The notes under the pieces are model-generated. The model ran no database searches. It worked only from the letters and a program-made list of their open reading frames with translations, and had not been told where the DNA came from. From assembly GCA_002633005.1 (NCBI GenBank), contig NMRA01000036.1, positions 664,440 through 728,439 of the forward strand: 64,000 nucleotides of DNA, written 5' to 3'. How positions within the stretch are numbered: position 1 is the stretch's first letter; every line of letters begins with the position of its first letter. This document shows positions 39,849-52,430 of the stretch, in pieces. Position numbers and translations under genes: made by a program. The DNA is from Phoronis australis. Its lineage: Eukaryota > Animalia > Phoronida.

Positions 39849-40791
39849 GTAAGACAACATCTGCTGCAACAAACCTACATATTGAACAGCCAATGAAATC
39901 TCTCTGAAGAGCAGCACTTAAGAAGTCTAATAAAAGTTATGAAGTTGAGGAAGATGACAAAACCAGTGTATTAGATAAGCCCTTGATGAGGTCTATTTAC
40001 ATACTAAAGGTTCAGAGGATGGTGGAGCTAGAACTCTGCAAACATAATTCGAAAAATGGCCATCACAGTGCCATCTTGCGACCGATTCCGCCCGTGAACA
40101 AAAGTTCTCGGGCAATTGACTAAATATACACTGTACATAAAATTCATGTTGATCAGGCGAAAAATTCGTTCTGTAGCTCAACAAAGTGCAGCTCTATATA
40201 GCGTAAACAAAAGAGCAATCACCTGAGCAGTAAATCTCGAATATCGCGGGAACTGTAAATCATAGCAAGAAATGAGTTTCACTATATGAATAGTGCTTGA
40301 AAAGATCTGTCTACAATCAACATACCAAATTTCATACTCGTTAATTAAGGGATGATAAAGATATGGCGAAAGAACTTGGTTATTTGGAGATCAGTTGTCG
40401 CAAAATCTCGAATAACTCAAGAACAGTTAGAGCTAATGAAAAATAACACTCATGCGATCCATCCACAGAATGTAAAATCTTGTATGTGATTTCAACAAAA
40501 ACAGTAGGTTAAGAGCCGCCCACAAAACACGTGTTATATGTGTAATTTTCACGTTGATCTGATAAGAATTCCGATCTGTAGGGTGCAAACAAAGAAACAG
40601 ACGAAAAATTTATGACAAAACAGCATACTTGGAGAAATTTCATTTCACCAAGTGACAATCTTGTTTGTTTACTAGCTTAAGGTTATCTCAAACCTTATTT
40701 AGTGGCCTCCATTCCTACTTGTGTATAAATAAAACAGGCTTTGTCAACTGGTAAGAAAAAAGATCAGGGATTATGAAAATTTCTGCTCATG

Positions 40792-41574
40792 CAGCGCTTG
40801 ATGCTTAGCTTAATGCCAAGACGCATTTGCCGATTTGGCAAAATTCCTAAGTTGCCAAACAAAATCTGAGGTGGCGAAAATTGAAAATCGCAGGTTGCCA
40901 ATCTAGGGATAGAAGTCGTGGACTCCCCGTAAATGTACACCGTTTTCCACCGATTTTGCCTGACTTTTGCCGACCAATTCCGACCTCTGTCTGTTAATGT
41001 CCTGTTGTAACTAAAGCATGTTTTCGATGTGTGCTGCCTGGTGTGATGACAAATGCACTGTTTTCACAAAATAAATGCATCAATTGTGAACCAAATGTAA
41101 TAAATATAGGAAAACTGTTTGTAATGATGGCCAACAGGTCACCGAATCAAGTGCTGACATGGTTGGAGTGCTGTTCCAGCCATTTTACGTAGTATCTGCT
41201 GTCTGCATGCCAAATTATTGTTTATCATTTTTGCTCTTCAGTTGCCATCTTGCCAATCTTTAAACATGTAGGCAGACTTCAGTGCTATGCGAATTTCAGA
41301 GCACCATTTTCAGACTCCTGTTAATAACTTGTGAACTGTGAACTGTCCCCAGCACATGTAGTGCATCTGTATGCTAATTCCAAATGCATGCTAGATGCCA
41401 CAGTTGAAGCAATGTGAACAAAAACGCTGATGAATTTGTATTTTCAATTTATAGACATTATACGATGTTTTTTCAACTTGGAAATTCATTAGAGTTTCTG
41501 TGCTAGGTTTTGCAATAGTGCCTGGAAAAATTTTGAGAGCCAGTTTTCTCCCTGAATACTAAGCATCAATCCTG
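40792..41574. mobile_element. Decayed hAT-like non-autonomous element
   Basis: CAGCGCTTGATGCTTAG...CTAAGCATCAATCCTG inverted ends; subterminal TTGCC/GGCAA motifs; no TSD seen. Confidence 0.5.
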
Positions 41575-41814
41575 AAACCGTGTACATGACCATTGCTCCG
41601 CTATTGATTTCTTACCAGTTGCACCCTTGCCAAGTGAAAATCTTGTTTTTTTTGTTCAACCATCATTCATTGACAAGTGGCTGGTAGCCTGTACATATCC
41701 ACAAACGTGAAAGTCTCTCGTTTTACTTCAAGGGACAAATTTGGCAAGGACGACGGCCATTAAATTCGATGTCTAAACAAATCATGCTTTTGGCGGAACA
41801 TGCATAATAATTAG

Positions 41815-42159
41815 TATTGTTATGTTCATGATTACGGAATACACACATGTAAACTGTTGTAAATGTTATGTTCATGACCTTGACAGACATAGCACTGTGT
41901 GTTCATGAGACCATGTCATACACACATGACACAGTCATGTACACTGCATTGCTGTTATATTCGTGACCACGGCATACACACATAAACTCTTACGTCTGTT
42001 CATAACTATGGCAGGCACATATGTGTAGTACTGTTTGTTCATGACCACAGCACTGTACCCACTTAAGCAGTAGTGTGATGTTCATGAAGACTGAGCAGTG
42101 TGTTATTAAACTGTTGTTATTTTACGCTACTGAATAGAACATACATGAACATATTGTAG
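41815..42159. repeat. Diverged ~40-45-bp minisatellite (TGTTCATGA core, ~8 units) abutting the ZMYND8 acceptor at 42159
   Basis: Repeated TGTT(C/A)ATGA(C/T)...CACACAT; the last, most diverged unit ends at the AG acceptor. Confidence 0.75.
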
Positions 42160-42276
42160 AGCAAACAATCTCCAGAGACATGATCTCGCGCGATGCAGCT
42201 ATGGGGGGCAGTATCATCAGAACACGCTCAACTGGCAGCACCCCAACTAACTTAAAGGACTTGGACAAGACTCAAG
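42160..42276 (+). CDS. ZMYND8: ZMYND8 N-terminal exon (EQTISRDMISRDAAMGGSIIRTRSTGSTPTNLKDLDKTQ)
   Basis: tgtAG acceptor and GTGAGC donor; 117 nt, open, phase 1 to 1. I.TRS is loosely like the vertebrate ZMYND8 N-terminus. Confidence 0.65.
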
Positions 42277-42386
42277 GTGAGCATAGAAACTAGTGAACTT
42301 AGGCACATGCTAACCACATCTTGCTTAGGAATCTGATTAGCATCAATACTCTCTATTCTTGAATGCCCTCTTATTTCATGAGCTCA

Positions 42387-42910
42387 TTTTTATGCGTCCA
42401 CATATTGTATGTGGGTGCATATTGCCATCATCTCTGTTGTGGCGTCCACTGCTGTATCTCCTAATCCCTTTGCAGGATCTTATTGAAATTTGGGTCACTA
42501 CTGTGTTGCCCCCTAGTGGAGATTTTGTTTTTGTTTTTGCATTTGCGGTCGAATCTCCTTTAATAACCCTTTAAAGGAGTTTTGTGAAATTTGATAGATG
42601 TATTCCTATGGAGCCGTCGACAAACAATAACAAGTGTCGAACTGACCCAAATACCACTGTGCTCCCTAGGGAATTTCAGGAATGTATTTTCATGAAATTT
42701 GGCTAGTAAGTTTCTGTTAAGGAGACGACAACACCTTCCAATTTTCAGACAGATTTGATGTTTTTGTTATTTTTGCATCAGTTTTCTGACGTCCACCTCC
42801 GTATCTGCCTTACCGCTTAAAGGATCATTATGCGAACTTGTAGATGTGTTTTGATAAGAAGCCCACGACACAAGTTGACTTTCAGACGGGTGCAACTACT
42901 CTGTTGCGAC
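42387..42910 (+). mobile_element. HINE-like copy of the same family, decayed
   Basis: TTTTATGCGTCCAC...GTGGGTGCAT start and CCCCTAGTGG core. Confidence 0.7.
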
Positions 42911-43269
42911 CATATACAGTTTTGATCAAAAATAGCTTCCTGTTGAACGCACTTAAAGCTCAGTCATACCTAGAGTGATCTTCAACCGGAATGAGGCATA
43001 GTATACATCTGGCCGTTCTGTCAAGGCAATCGTTCACATGAAGACGATTAATATCATTTTATGTACGCTGAATTATGATCAGTGATTCTCCTAATTGTCT
43101 GGTCTGACTTGTCCATTTCCCAAAAAAACATAAATTTGAAAATTGTTTCTTACCCTGCAGTGACGTACTAAGTAATAATTTATAAACTTTGTATATATTG
43201 TCTCTGTTGCAGAAACTGCACTGCGGGTCTATTTTATAATGCTCAGGACAGTCACTCAGCATTGAGACA

Positions 43270-43870
43270 AATACCTGTCTCCATGCCGGCAGTGACTGTC
43301 CTGAGCATTATAAGATAGCTGTTATGGTCAATCTCTTAAGGAGAGCTCACACTGTTTCGTCGGACTGGAACTTGTTTATTAGTGAAGTTCAACATGTAAA
43401 GCAACTTCCAATAAATAATGGTTACACAAATTCATTTGTGGATAAGTATATTAATCGGTTTGTCTCAAAAGTTGAACCCATTATCATGTACAAACATTTA
43501 CTGGTAATGTTAAAAAACTATACTACAAAAACTGTTTGTCCAAAAATTATGTACAAGCAAATTCTAAAGAATATAATCTATAATAATGTAAGAGTTGGTA
43601 ATCCTAAAGACTAACTGGATGTAATTATTCATTACAAGAATATGAAGATCTCTAATTTAGTGATGAGAAACGATATTAGTCGTGAGAAGGTCCGCACTGT
43701 TGTTTGGTGTAATGTTGTTTATGAGTTTACTTGTCCTGCGGTCGAATGTTTTTGTCCTGATGAGAAACAAATTATGTTGGGCATACAATATGCTCCTTGT
43801 CGCAACGACTTTCAATGCATTTACAAAATGGCTCTATAAAAGACCATTTTGAAAACGTTCATGGTGGCAA
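43270..43870 (+). mobile_element. Penelope-like retroelement 3' fragment (RT thumb plus GIY-YIG endonuclease), decayed
   Basis: CPEHYK...NLLRRAHTVSSDWNLFISEV...NNGY, then NVVYEFTCP...YVGHT..SLSQRLSMH...GSIKDHF across frameshifts. Confidence 0.85.
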
Positions 43871-46446
43871 GATTGTTGATTGTTAATACCAAAGTCATTC
43901 CTTACTTTGAGAATGAAGTACACATGTCTTGATGTGAGCAAATCCACTACCACAAGAAACTACAGGAACACTATTTATTCACCTTCACTCTTATCAGGCT
44001 TCTATTGTGAGTCAGTATGCGTGTATAATTTGCTGATAAGCAATCTATGGAACTATTTTTGGCTGAATGGATGGCCAGTTCATAAAGTGATAATTAGCCA
44101 AGACCAGTTAAATAATGCTGCATGGAATAGTTAATACCTCCAGGGCAATTTTGAGAGAGTGGGCATCTTCTGCTAGGCTTTCGCCTAAAGCGTTTTAAAA
44201 AACTTGGTTTACTGACCTCTGATTTTCTGGATTATGCAAACATCAAAATTCAAATTGCAACGTTTTCATTTCCGCCATCTTCATAGGTTATCTAAACTGG
44301 CAAAAATTGGTAACAATCCTTACGAGCAACAAAAAATATCTCTCATCATCACTTAGCCTTGGTGCAAAGCTGTAATACCTGTATACTAAGTATACTGCTT
44401 TGCGCTGATGTGGGTAAAAAAGTAACTAAAAAGTGACAAAAATAAAATAGTGCCACTAAAAACTACACTCTCCCTCAAGTAAACTAAATTATTTACCGCA
44501 GTGTTGGAAACATTGGCGTTCTACCATTATTCTGCTGCTGAAATTGTGGTGAGATGTTTTGCTCAGCTTTCGTCACCAGGAAATATTGCGTCATTACCTA
44601 TTGGCCAGTTTTGTTTTTTTATGGATCCCTCAATCAACTGTTCTTCCACGAGGTTGAGTACTGCTGTCACGACAAATTATCGGAACTGGTTTCATTTCGT
44701 TACAAGTTTTCAGTTATTACTAGCAAATTTATTTTTAGAAACAAAATTTGCTCATTTGCGAAGCTGTCATTATCTCCCGAGAGATGCCTCAAATTAAGAA
44801 ATAGCACGTGCACATGTCATGACGGAATTGTTTTCGAAACAACGTTACAAAAGGCAGAGAGTTATGCAAGAAAATGGCGTTTATTAGATTGTTTTTCACT
44901 TAAACGGCTGCAACGAGCATAATGAGTGTCGGTTAACTCCTAGATTTTGCAAGCACAGGCCGACTGTCATTAGCACTACCTGGGAGTAATACAACATTAT
45001 ATTCCTATATGTTGAAAATGTTTCACGACGAGGTGACGAGCAGAACTACCTGGGCTGTGTGAAATTTCAGAGGCTAACGGAGGCACACAGTGGTACCTAG
45101 TCAGCCAGCTAGCTGTTTGAAGGCTATCGTCAAAATCCAAATTCGTTTTATCGTGTTCCTGTCAATAATAATGGCATACTAAAGTTTCTTAATGTTCTCT
45201 GTACGTCAGGAAAGTATAGACAATATTTCCTGCGGATCCTGGGTTTTGTATTCTTATACGTACACTCTCAGTGAATCACATCTCGGAAATATCCAATTTG
45301 ACAGATAACAATGAATGAGCTTGTAATTGCTATTATAAACATATTTTTTGAGTATTACAATGCATGTGTTCCAAAAATATAAATAACACACCAAGTAGGT
45401 GTACGTTTATACTATCCTATTTTGGGACCAACATTCTTGTATTTGTGCACACCCAATAATCGTGAGTGTTGCTGTGTTGCAAAATCTCTTATCCTGGGCT
45501 GATTTGAAAAATTTAAAGTTGTACCAATATTTTTATGCTCCTCTTTTCAAATATTACAGTCAAAAGTATGTAAAATGCTCTCCATAAAAAGTACGGTCAT
45601 CTAGTCTAGATTGTTATTAGCTGATCGTATCCGCATGAACAAAGCCAATTATCTTCGCTCGTGACTCGATGAATGGAGCAGCTAGGTGGGATCGCTTTGA
45701 TCGTGAGCTGAGTGCGACACAGCCAAGGTGGTTAAATACGTTCTAGTTCAATCTGTCAAACCCCACCGTTTTCCCTGATCAGTGGGGTTTGACGTCATCT
45801 CGTTTAGTGGGAATGTTAATGGCATGTTACGAACATTAGAGTCGCTTCTAATAATGTTTCAAAAACTTAGTTTGATTGAGCACCTAACTGGAACTCGAAG
45901 GATTCTATATCATTATTTAGCTAATGTGTGCAATATGCACAGCAAAGTGTGCATATATATACTTATGTGTGTGTTTATATCGTCATAGTTACGCATGTCA
46001 ATTTCACGTGTTATACTGCATTTGTCATTTCTGATGTGCGTTTCATTGTGAACTAGTAGTAAATAGCCTGAAGATGAGATATGTGTCTTGAAATATCGCT
46101 TTGTAAATTATGTTACCTACTGATGTCGATTGGATTTTTATTGCACTGTTGTGATGTTAACACAAGATCTCTATTTATAGAGTTTGAAAGAACTGAAATT
46201 AAACTCATAAAAACAGAACAATTTAGTCATGTCTTCTATGAAATGTACATACGAGAAAGATTACTGCTAAATTATAGTGCTAAGAATTCCAAAGCTGAAA
46301 CGTTTTGGCTACACTAATGATGTCAAAAACTTGGCTTCGTGTTCCCTATCAAATTCAAATCAGAATTTCGTGATCACATACGACCTTAAATAGATTTTTC
46401 TTAATGGAGGCAGGGATTTTTCAAAACTCATGATTAATTGAGATGT

Positions 46447-47127
46447 GACACAGAATGCCATGAAAAGACGAAATAATCATAACAATTTATTAAAATCGGC
46501 AGTGCGTTTTACTGGAAAGTCAATTAAAGTTTGGAAACTGGCATTTCCAGAACGTTATACCCTCACACCGCCAATTTTGCACTTTTCTCTGATTTTTAAG
46601 AGTCAAGGCGGCGAAATAACAAAAGTGAAAACCTGTAAATGAAAATTTCCGTCCTAAAAAATCAGGTTGGCGAACTCGCTCTATTGAACAACACTGCCTC
46701 AAATGATTGACCGTGTTCGCTTTTAAACAACGCGTTTGTAAAGACGAAATAATCATAAACAATTTATTAAAATCGGCAGTGCGTTTTACTGGAAAGTCAA
46801 TTAAAGTTTGGAAACTGGCATTTCCAGAACCTTATACCCTCACGCCGCCAATTTTGCACTTTTCTCTGATTTTTAAGAGTCAAGGCGGCGAAATAAGAAA
46901 AGTGAAAACCTGTAAATGAGAATTTTCGTCCTAAAAAATCAGGTTGGCGAACTCGCTCTATTGAACAACACTGCCTCAAATGATTGACCGTGTTCGCTTT
47001 TAAACAACGCGTTTGTAAAGAGAATTGAGGACTTTGTTTGAGGACATTGAAACGATGAAAAGTTTAGTATATGTAAATTTATTTTCATTATTTAAGATTA
47101 TTTCGTCTTTTCATGGCATTCTGTGTC
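46447..47127. mobile_element. TIR MITE containing a near-perfect ~277-bp tandem duplication
   Basis: TIR GACACAGAATGCCATGAAAAGACGAAATAATC at both ends; 46463-46739 is repeated at 46740-47020. Confidence 0.9.
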
Positions 47128-47758
47128 TAACTCAAGAATGCCCGTAAACTGAACTGGCCTTGACATGCACGTAGGCATTTACTATCAGCAAGCTCCATGC
47201 CTTGGACAAAGCACAATCACTTGCATCTGGCTGTTTCCCAAGTCATTGCTTCGCTGTACCCTCTGCTCTGTACTGTATATCGGATACTAAGTTGACCAAT
47301 ACAGCACAGCTAACGGAGGAGAAAGACAGTTTTAAGGGTAGTGATTTCGCTTAAGGAACTGCTCAGGCTGTTATTTTCGGAAAGTATTGATACTTATTAA
47401 TATCACCAAGAACCTACTGACAAACAGGCCAATGCTAGGTTCATTTTCATATTTCATTTCACTTCTGTCTGCATTTGGTATTTTTAAAAGTTTTGTGAGT
47501 TTTATTATGAATGAAAAAAACGAGGGGTTCAGAGAGAAAAACATGTGAGGTATTAAAAGCTTTTGGCGTGATAGCCAGGTCTTGCAATGACCAATGACAA
47601 AAAAGAGGACAATTTCCCGAGTGATGCATTGTTCCATTAATAAATAGGCTGGTGTGATACAAATATTTTTGTGTTGTAAAATTTAACTGAAATACATGTT
47701 TTTGCTTGAATCCTCCTCAAGTGCCCTGCTGGTAGGCGTTGGCGACCATGGTTCTCCA

Positions 47759-47780
47759 TCTCTCTCTCTCTCTCTCTCTC
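47759..47780. repeat. (TC)n microsatellite
   Basis: Direct reading. Confidence 0.9.
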
Positions 47781-48716
47781 ATTGCTCCAATGGTGACAGT
47801 GTTTCCGGGTGTTTTCAGCCACGTCGGCAGTCCATCCAATAGTTTTGTTCTTTGGCGTCCTCGACTTCTCTTCCCATCTAGTTTACCAGTTGTTACCAGG
47901 TGTTCTGAATCCGTCTCTCATGATATGACCAAAGAAATAAATGAATAAACAATGATAAAAATAGATGCAAAAAAGGTAAAGTGGAAATCAAGTATGAGGA
48001 AATCAAAGCGAAAAAAGAAAAAATGCTCTTAAAAGAGAAAAAATTCCAAGCCCTGGATGGTACAAGGATATTACATATAACTTGCAAGTGAAGTTGTTTG
48101 ATCAATCAGAATGTGCCCCAAATACAAAAGTAATCAGTGATGGAGAAGCATAGGTTGATTGTTTGTAAATCAAGTCAAGACTTGACAATAGAGAATGGTG
48201 ACTAGGATTAAGAATTAAGCTGCTACAGGCATGAGAATACAATAGGTTATCATTGTCACTAACTCCAGTAAACATCTAACATAATATAGGGTCTATCCAG
48301 TCAACTGAAATCTATAGAAAACAAGGAAATGAAACATAAAGGAATGTAATGAAGTAAGAACTAATCCAGGAAGGAGTCAATAGATGGCTGCAGAATGTTG
48401 GCTCCACTTAATAATAGACAACTTTAAAACTGAACATGTACAAGGACATTTCTAGGAGCATTGTTCCAGCTTTTCATAGGTCAACTAGTTTTGACACTGG
48501 GTGTTTTGATTGGTCTTGGAAGTAAAGATCTCAAGAGTTGTTTGTGGTACTTAAAACACATGTTGAGGAGTCAATTCCAAGTCTGGGTTACTCACTGAGT
48601 GAATGAGTACATACTAAGGCAAAAATCGCAATGGTTGTTAAAACTGCCAGTACTGAAATTACGAAATTAGGAGTGACTTTGGAGATTAGGTTGGTCATTG
48701 GTCTCTAGGGGCATTG

Positions 48717-49597
48717 CAGTATAAGGATAATCACTTAGAGACGGTGTAGATTGGTCGCAGATGTTTCAACCTGATCCGCCAGGTCTTCATCAGTGAGTGA
48801 GGAGTTTCCTGCCTTTCGCTGGTTAAGAATGTTCGAATACACGGGAGGTTCAAGAGAGGGCGCTGAGTGCTGATATTTATGGATTCTTTTAACTTGCGAG
48901 TATACCAATTCTGTTCTTTGGCTAAGATCTTAGATGATTCAATGAATCATTCAAGGAATGGGACCGAGGTCTTCACTTACCTCGAACATTCCTAACCAGC
49001 GAAAGGCGGAAACTCCTCTCTCATTGATAAAGACCTGGCAGACCATGTTGAAACGTCTGCGACCAGTTTACACAGGCCTTTATCCAGGATTTCGAAAATA
49101 GGGTGTCCAAAATGGGGTTCCCAATATTCCAGGGCGTCCATGATTCTGATGCGTAAACCCCCCACCCCCAGCAATCCCCCCCAAACACACAGATATTTTT
49201 ACAAAACATGCATAGACCAAGGTTTTTACATCTAAGTTAACTAAACAGTGAGCATTTTTACTAAAAAAAACTGTAGACCAAGAGTTTTACAATGCCATCA
49301 ACCAAGTGTGAGCGTAGGAACAATGTATATACTTTGTATATACATTGTATATTTCTTCCTGCTTTAAAAAAAGAGTCCCCACTGTGAGCCTTCAGAGGCT
49401 TCCTATATTCATTACAATGTGTTAGTCCAAACATGAAAGGTTCCTATTGACAGTGGGCGTCCAAATGATACATTGGGCGTCCTTGCCAAGGTGTCCAGAT
49501 TAGTGCTGGGGCGTCCATTTGGACGCCCAGGACGTACGCTGCATAATGGCCCGAGTCTACACCATCTCTAAGTAAGTGATAATTATCTTAAACTGCT
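48717..49597. mobile_element. Long-TIR MITE whose right TIR is interrupted by a hAT MITE
   Basis: ACTTAGAGACGGTGTAGATTGGTCGCAGATGTTTCAAC is mirrored by GTTGAAACGTCTGCGACCAGT[insertion]CTACACCATCTCTAAGT. Confidence 0.75.
49073..49553. mobile_element. hAT-type MITE with an 8-bp TSD
   Basis: CAGGCCTTTATCCAG...CTGCATAATGGCCCG ends; AGTTTACA/AGTCTACA flanks (7 of 8 match); GGGCGTCC subterminal repeats. Confidence 0.8.
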
Positions 49598-49905
49598 ACA
49601 AGTGACTTATAATCGTATTGGACGTATTCTGCACCAACTAGTGCCCATTTTAATTATTTGTGTCTCTTCATCTTCTGCTTCTGTATCTGCAAAACCACGC
49701 TAAGGATCATTATGAGAATTGGCAGAGGTGTTCCTACTGACAAGAGCATGACTGACGTGAATTTTCAAACTGGTCCAACCACTGTGGTGCCCCATAGTGA
49801 CATTTTTGCATCAATGACTGTATCTTCTAAACATCTTGCAAGATGTTTTTGAAATTTTGCAGTTATTGTTGTATTCCTATTAACTTGAAAGCAAATGGAT
49901 GGATT

Positions 49906-50025
49906 CGACTACTGTGGTTCTCTTGTGTTTCATTTGTTAAAAGTATTTCTGACTGCGCCCTCTTGCGACTACTGTGGTTCTCTTGTGTTTCATTTGTTAA
50001 AAGTATTTCTGACTGCGTCCTCTTG
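49906..50025. repeat. 60-bp tandem duplication with one mismatch
   Basis: CGACTACTGTGG...GCG(C/T)CCTCTTG occurs twice. Confidence 0.95.
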
Positions 50026-50175
50026 AAAATCAGTGTATTCACTGATGTGGTCACCCAGTCTTTTTTTAAGAAGTTTAAAAATAAATTGATTAATTTTACC
50101 TGGGGAAGGGACAAAATGAGAATGAATGTTGGGACATTACATGGATTAAAATAAGGTGTGTTCGTTGTTCAACAG

Positions 50176-50309
50176 ATCAGTCGCTATTCACGGCCAGAAA
50201 AAGAAGTCACCATCCGCCAGTTGTTTCACCAAAGCATGAACTTCAGATGAAGAAACGAAAAGTGACTCAAGCTGAGCCGTCTACGGCCCGTGGTGGATTG
50301 TTATCTCAA
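50176..50309 (+). CDS. ZMYND8: ZMYND8 exon with basic NLS-like region (DQSLFTARKRSHHPPVVSPKHELQMKKRKVTQAEPSTARGGLLSQ)
   Basis: aacAG acceptor and GTAAGA donor; 134 nt, phase 1 to 0, open and joining the PHD exon in frame. RKR...SP...KKRK resembles the ZMYND8 pre-PHD region. Confidence 0.8.
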
Positions 50310-52152
50310 GTAAGAACTCACCTTGTATAGTCAATGTAGCAGTTCTATAGGGAAATTCTGTGACTTTTCAACATTTTGCCAAAGGTTTAATCTAAAACCA
50401 TTCATTAGGTAAATAGTACCATTTTCGAAGAAGTTCTGTCAAAAATTGAGCATTCCCAGAACAGGAAAATGATGTCATAATAATTTGTAGCTATTCTTTA
50501 CAGTGTCTGCTCATGGTTAACTTGTAACACCTGTTAACCTCATTCGACCCTGGTTATCATTTGTTAAACAGCTTGGTCTTCCTGGCAGTGTGAACATATG
50601 TCTAATGCCTACCGTAGAGTGGGGCAGCTATTGAGGCGAAACCTAGTCAGTACTTCTGCTAAAATTCATACTCTGACATTTTAATTAATTTAGTACTTAG
50701 AAAAAATTCATGGATTTGTCGTGGATCGAAATGACATGTTATTTAACTGGCTAGTTGATTTTTATTATGATTGCAACTGATACGTTTTCCATGCTCGTAC
50801 AAAATATGGTGAATTAGGGACACAACATGACAGACTAGTGAAACTTCAAATTCTCCTTTTTTAATAAAAGACACGTAGCGTTAATTTATTGCTTTACCGT
50901 GTTGAAGTATAGCTGCTATCGTGGCTAAAAAAATTAAGTCAGTGAAGGATGGCCTCCAGTATTTTTACTTATTACAAGCTCTCAACATAACATCTGACTA
51001 TATCACCAACCTCTGTGGCAAGGATTACTGTTCTGTGGAGAATCTCCGATCTGCAAATGTTTGAATGTAGGCATAACGGCCATTATGAATAGCTGGATTC
51101 TCATGTTCAAATAAATGGCAGTAGAACGTTTTACACAAGGGGCACTTTTTTACTTTCATGCAAGTTATATAAGAATTATCTAACAAAGGTAGCTTTTGTG
51201 GGAGCATACTAATCTTGGAAATCGATGTTAATGGCATTAAATTGGTTTATGCAGTCAGGATTCTTTCCATTTGGCCACTCAGGCATGCATAAAACGTATT
51301 GTGGTTGACCTAATTACACAAGTCTCAGAAAAAAACCTAACCCATACCCAAGCCTGTTGAAAGGTAATGGTTATGTGTGTTCTAGTTTCATACTACACTC
51401 TCATGTAGTGTGTTTTAGGTACTGAGTAACGCTGTATTTTTGTTCAGACTGTGAGAAAAACTGGGTTTTGTAATTTGTTGAAGGATCAAAGTCACCCCTC
51501 GGAACCTCCACAATCGTCACCACTTTCAATCTTGACAAACCCTTGACAAACCTTGACAAACCCACTTAAGGTTTACAAGTTGTGATGTTTGTGGTGCATT
51601 GTTTATATAACTGTGATGTGTGATCACTCTATCTGTGTAGCCAGTTAGTGCACTTTGTACAATACTATGTGTTAACAACTAAGGGGACCAAATTCCAAAC
51701 GTTTGACTTGATGTAATGTACTAAACCAACCCAATAGTACCAAATCACACTTGTTCCGTTTTCACACATGCTATATCCCTTGCTCACTTTTTCACTGGAT
51801 ATGGCCAAAATCAGCCTGTTGAATATTTGCAAAAATTCTCAATTTTCAAAACGCCAGTTTTCTGGATCTTAGGACAGATACGTTCACAGTTATTGCTAAT
51901 ATTTAAAATGTCTCGATTGTCTTGCAAAGTAGTCTACTCTTTTAATGAAATAAGTGTCGAAAAAAACATTTTTGCAAGATCAGCACGAAAATGAAAATGA
52001 GGCTTGTGTCTGGAAAATCAAAGGTGACTTATTGCACATCTAGGGGTAAACCAAGCCCTCATAAAGTTTCAGGAAAATCTGTGCCGATCGATGTACAACC
52101 GCACCTAGATGCTCTCAGAAATTGCTACTTAAATTTTCCCTTTTGTCTATAG

Positions 52153-52296
52153 GATGCTGTGAATGATGCTTACTGTTGGCTGTGCCACAGGGAAGGCAAG
52201 GTGTTGTGCTGTGAGCTGTGTCCACGGGTCTACCACATGCGCTGTCTGAATATTGACATGGATCCAGAAGGCGAGTGGGTGTGCCCAGAGTGTCAG
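52153..52296 (+). CDS. ZMYND8: ZMYND8 PHD-finger exon (DAVNDAYCWLCHREGKVLCCELCPRVYHMRCLNIDMDPEGEWVCPECQ)
   Basis: C4HC3 PHD finger closely matching ZMYND8 ND.YCW.CHREG.VLCCELCPRVYH. tatAG acceptor, GTGAGA donor, phase 0 to 0. Confidence 0.97.
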
Positions 52297-52430
52297 GTGA
52301 GAGCCAATGGTCAATTTCTGGCTTCAGAGTCCGTGTACACAAAGGGTGAGAGCCTATAGGCAGTTTCTGGATCCCATGTGAGTGTGTTGGCAGTGTCAGG
52401 TGAGAGCTGATAGCCAGTTTCTGGCTCCAA
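52279..52430. repeat. ~50-bp tandem repeat (3 copies) spanning the ZMYND8 PHD-exon donor
   Basis: GGTGAGAGC...TTTCTGG with GT at 52297 (true donor), 52346 and 52400. Confidence 0.85.

Noticed and set aside
47365-48054. hAT-like element ending in AATTCCAAGCCCTG, a terminus also seen at 31-44
   Set aside because: The right terminus is shared, but the left TIR is poor and no TSD was found, so boundaries cannot be supported.
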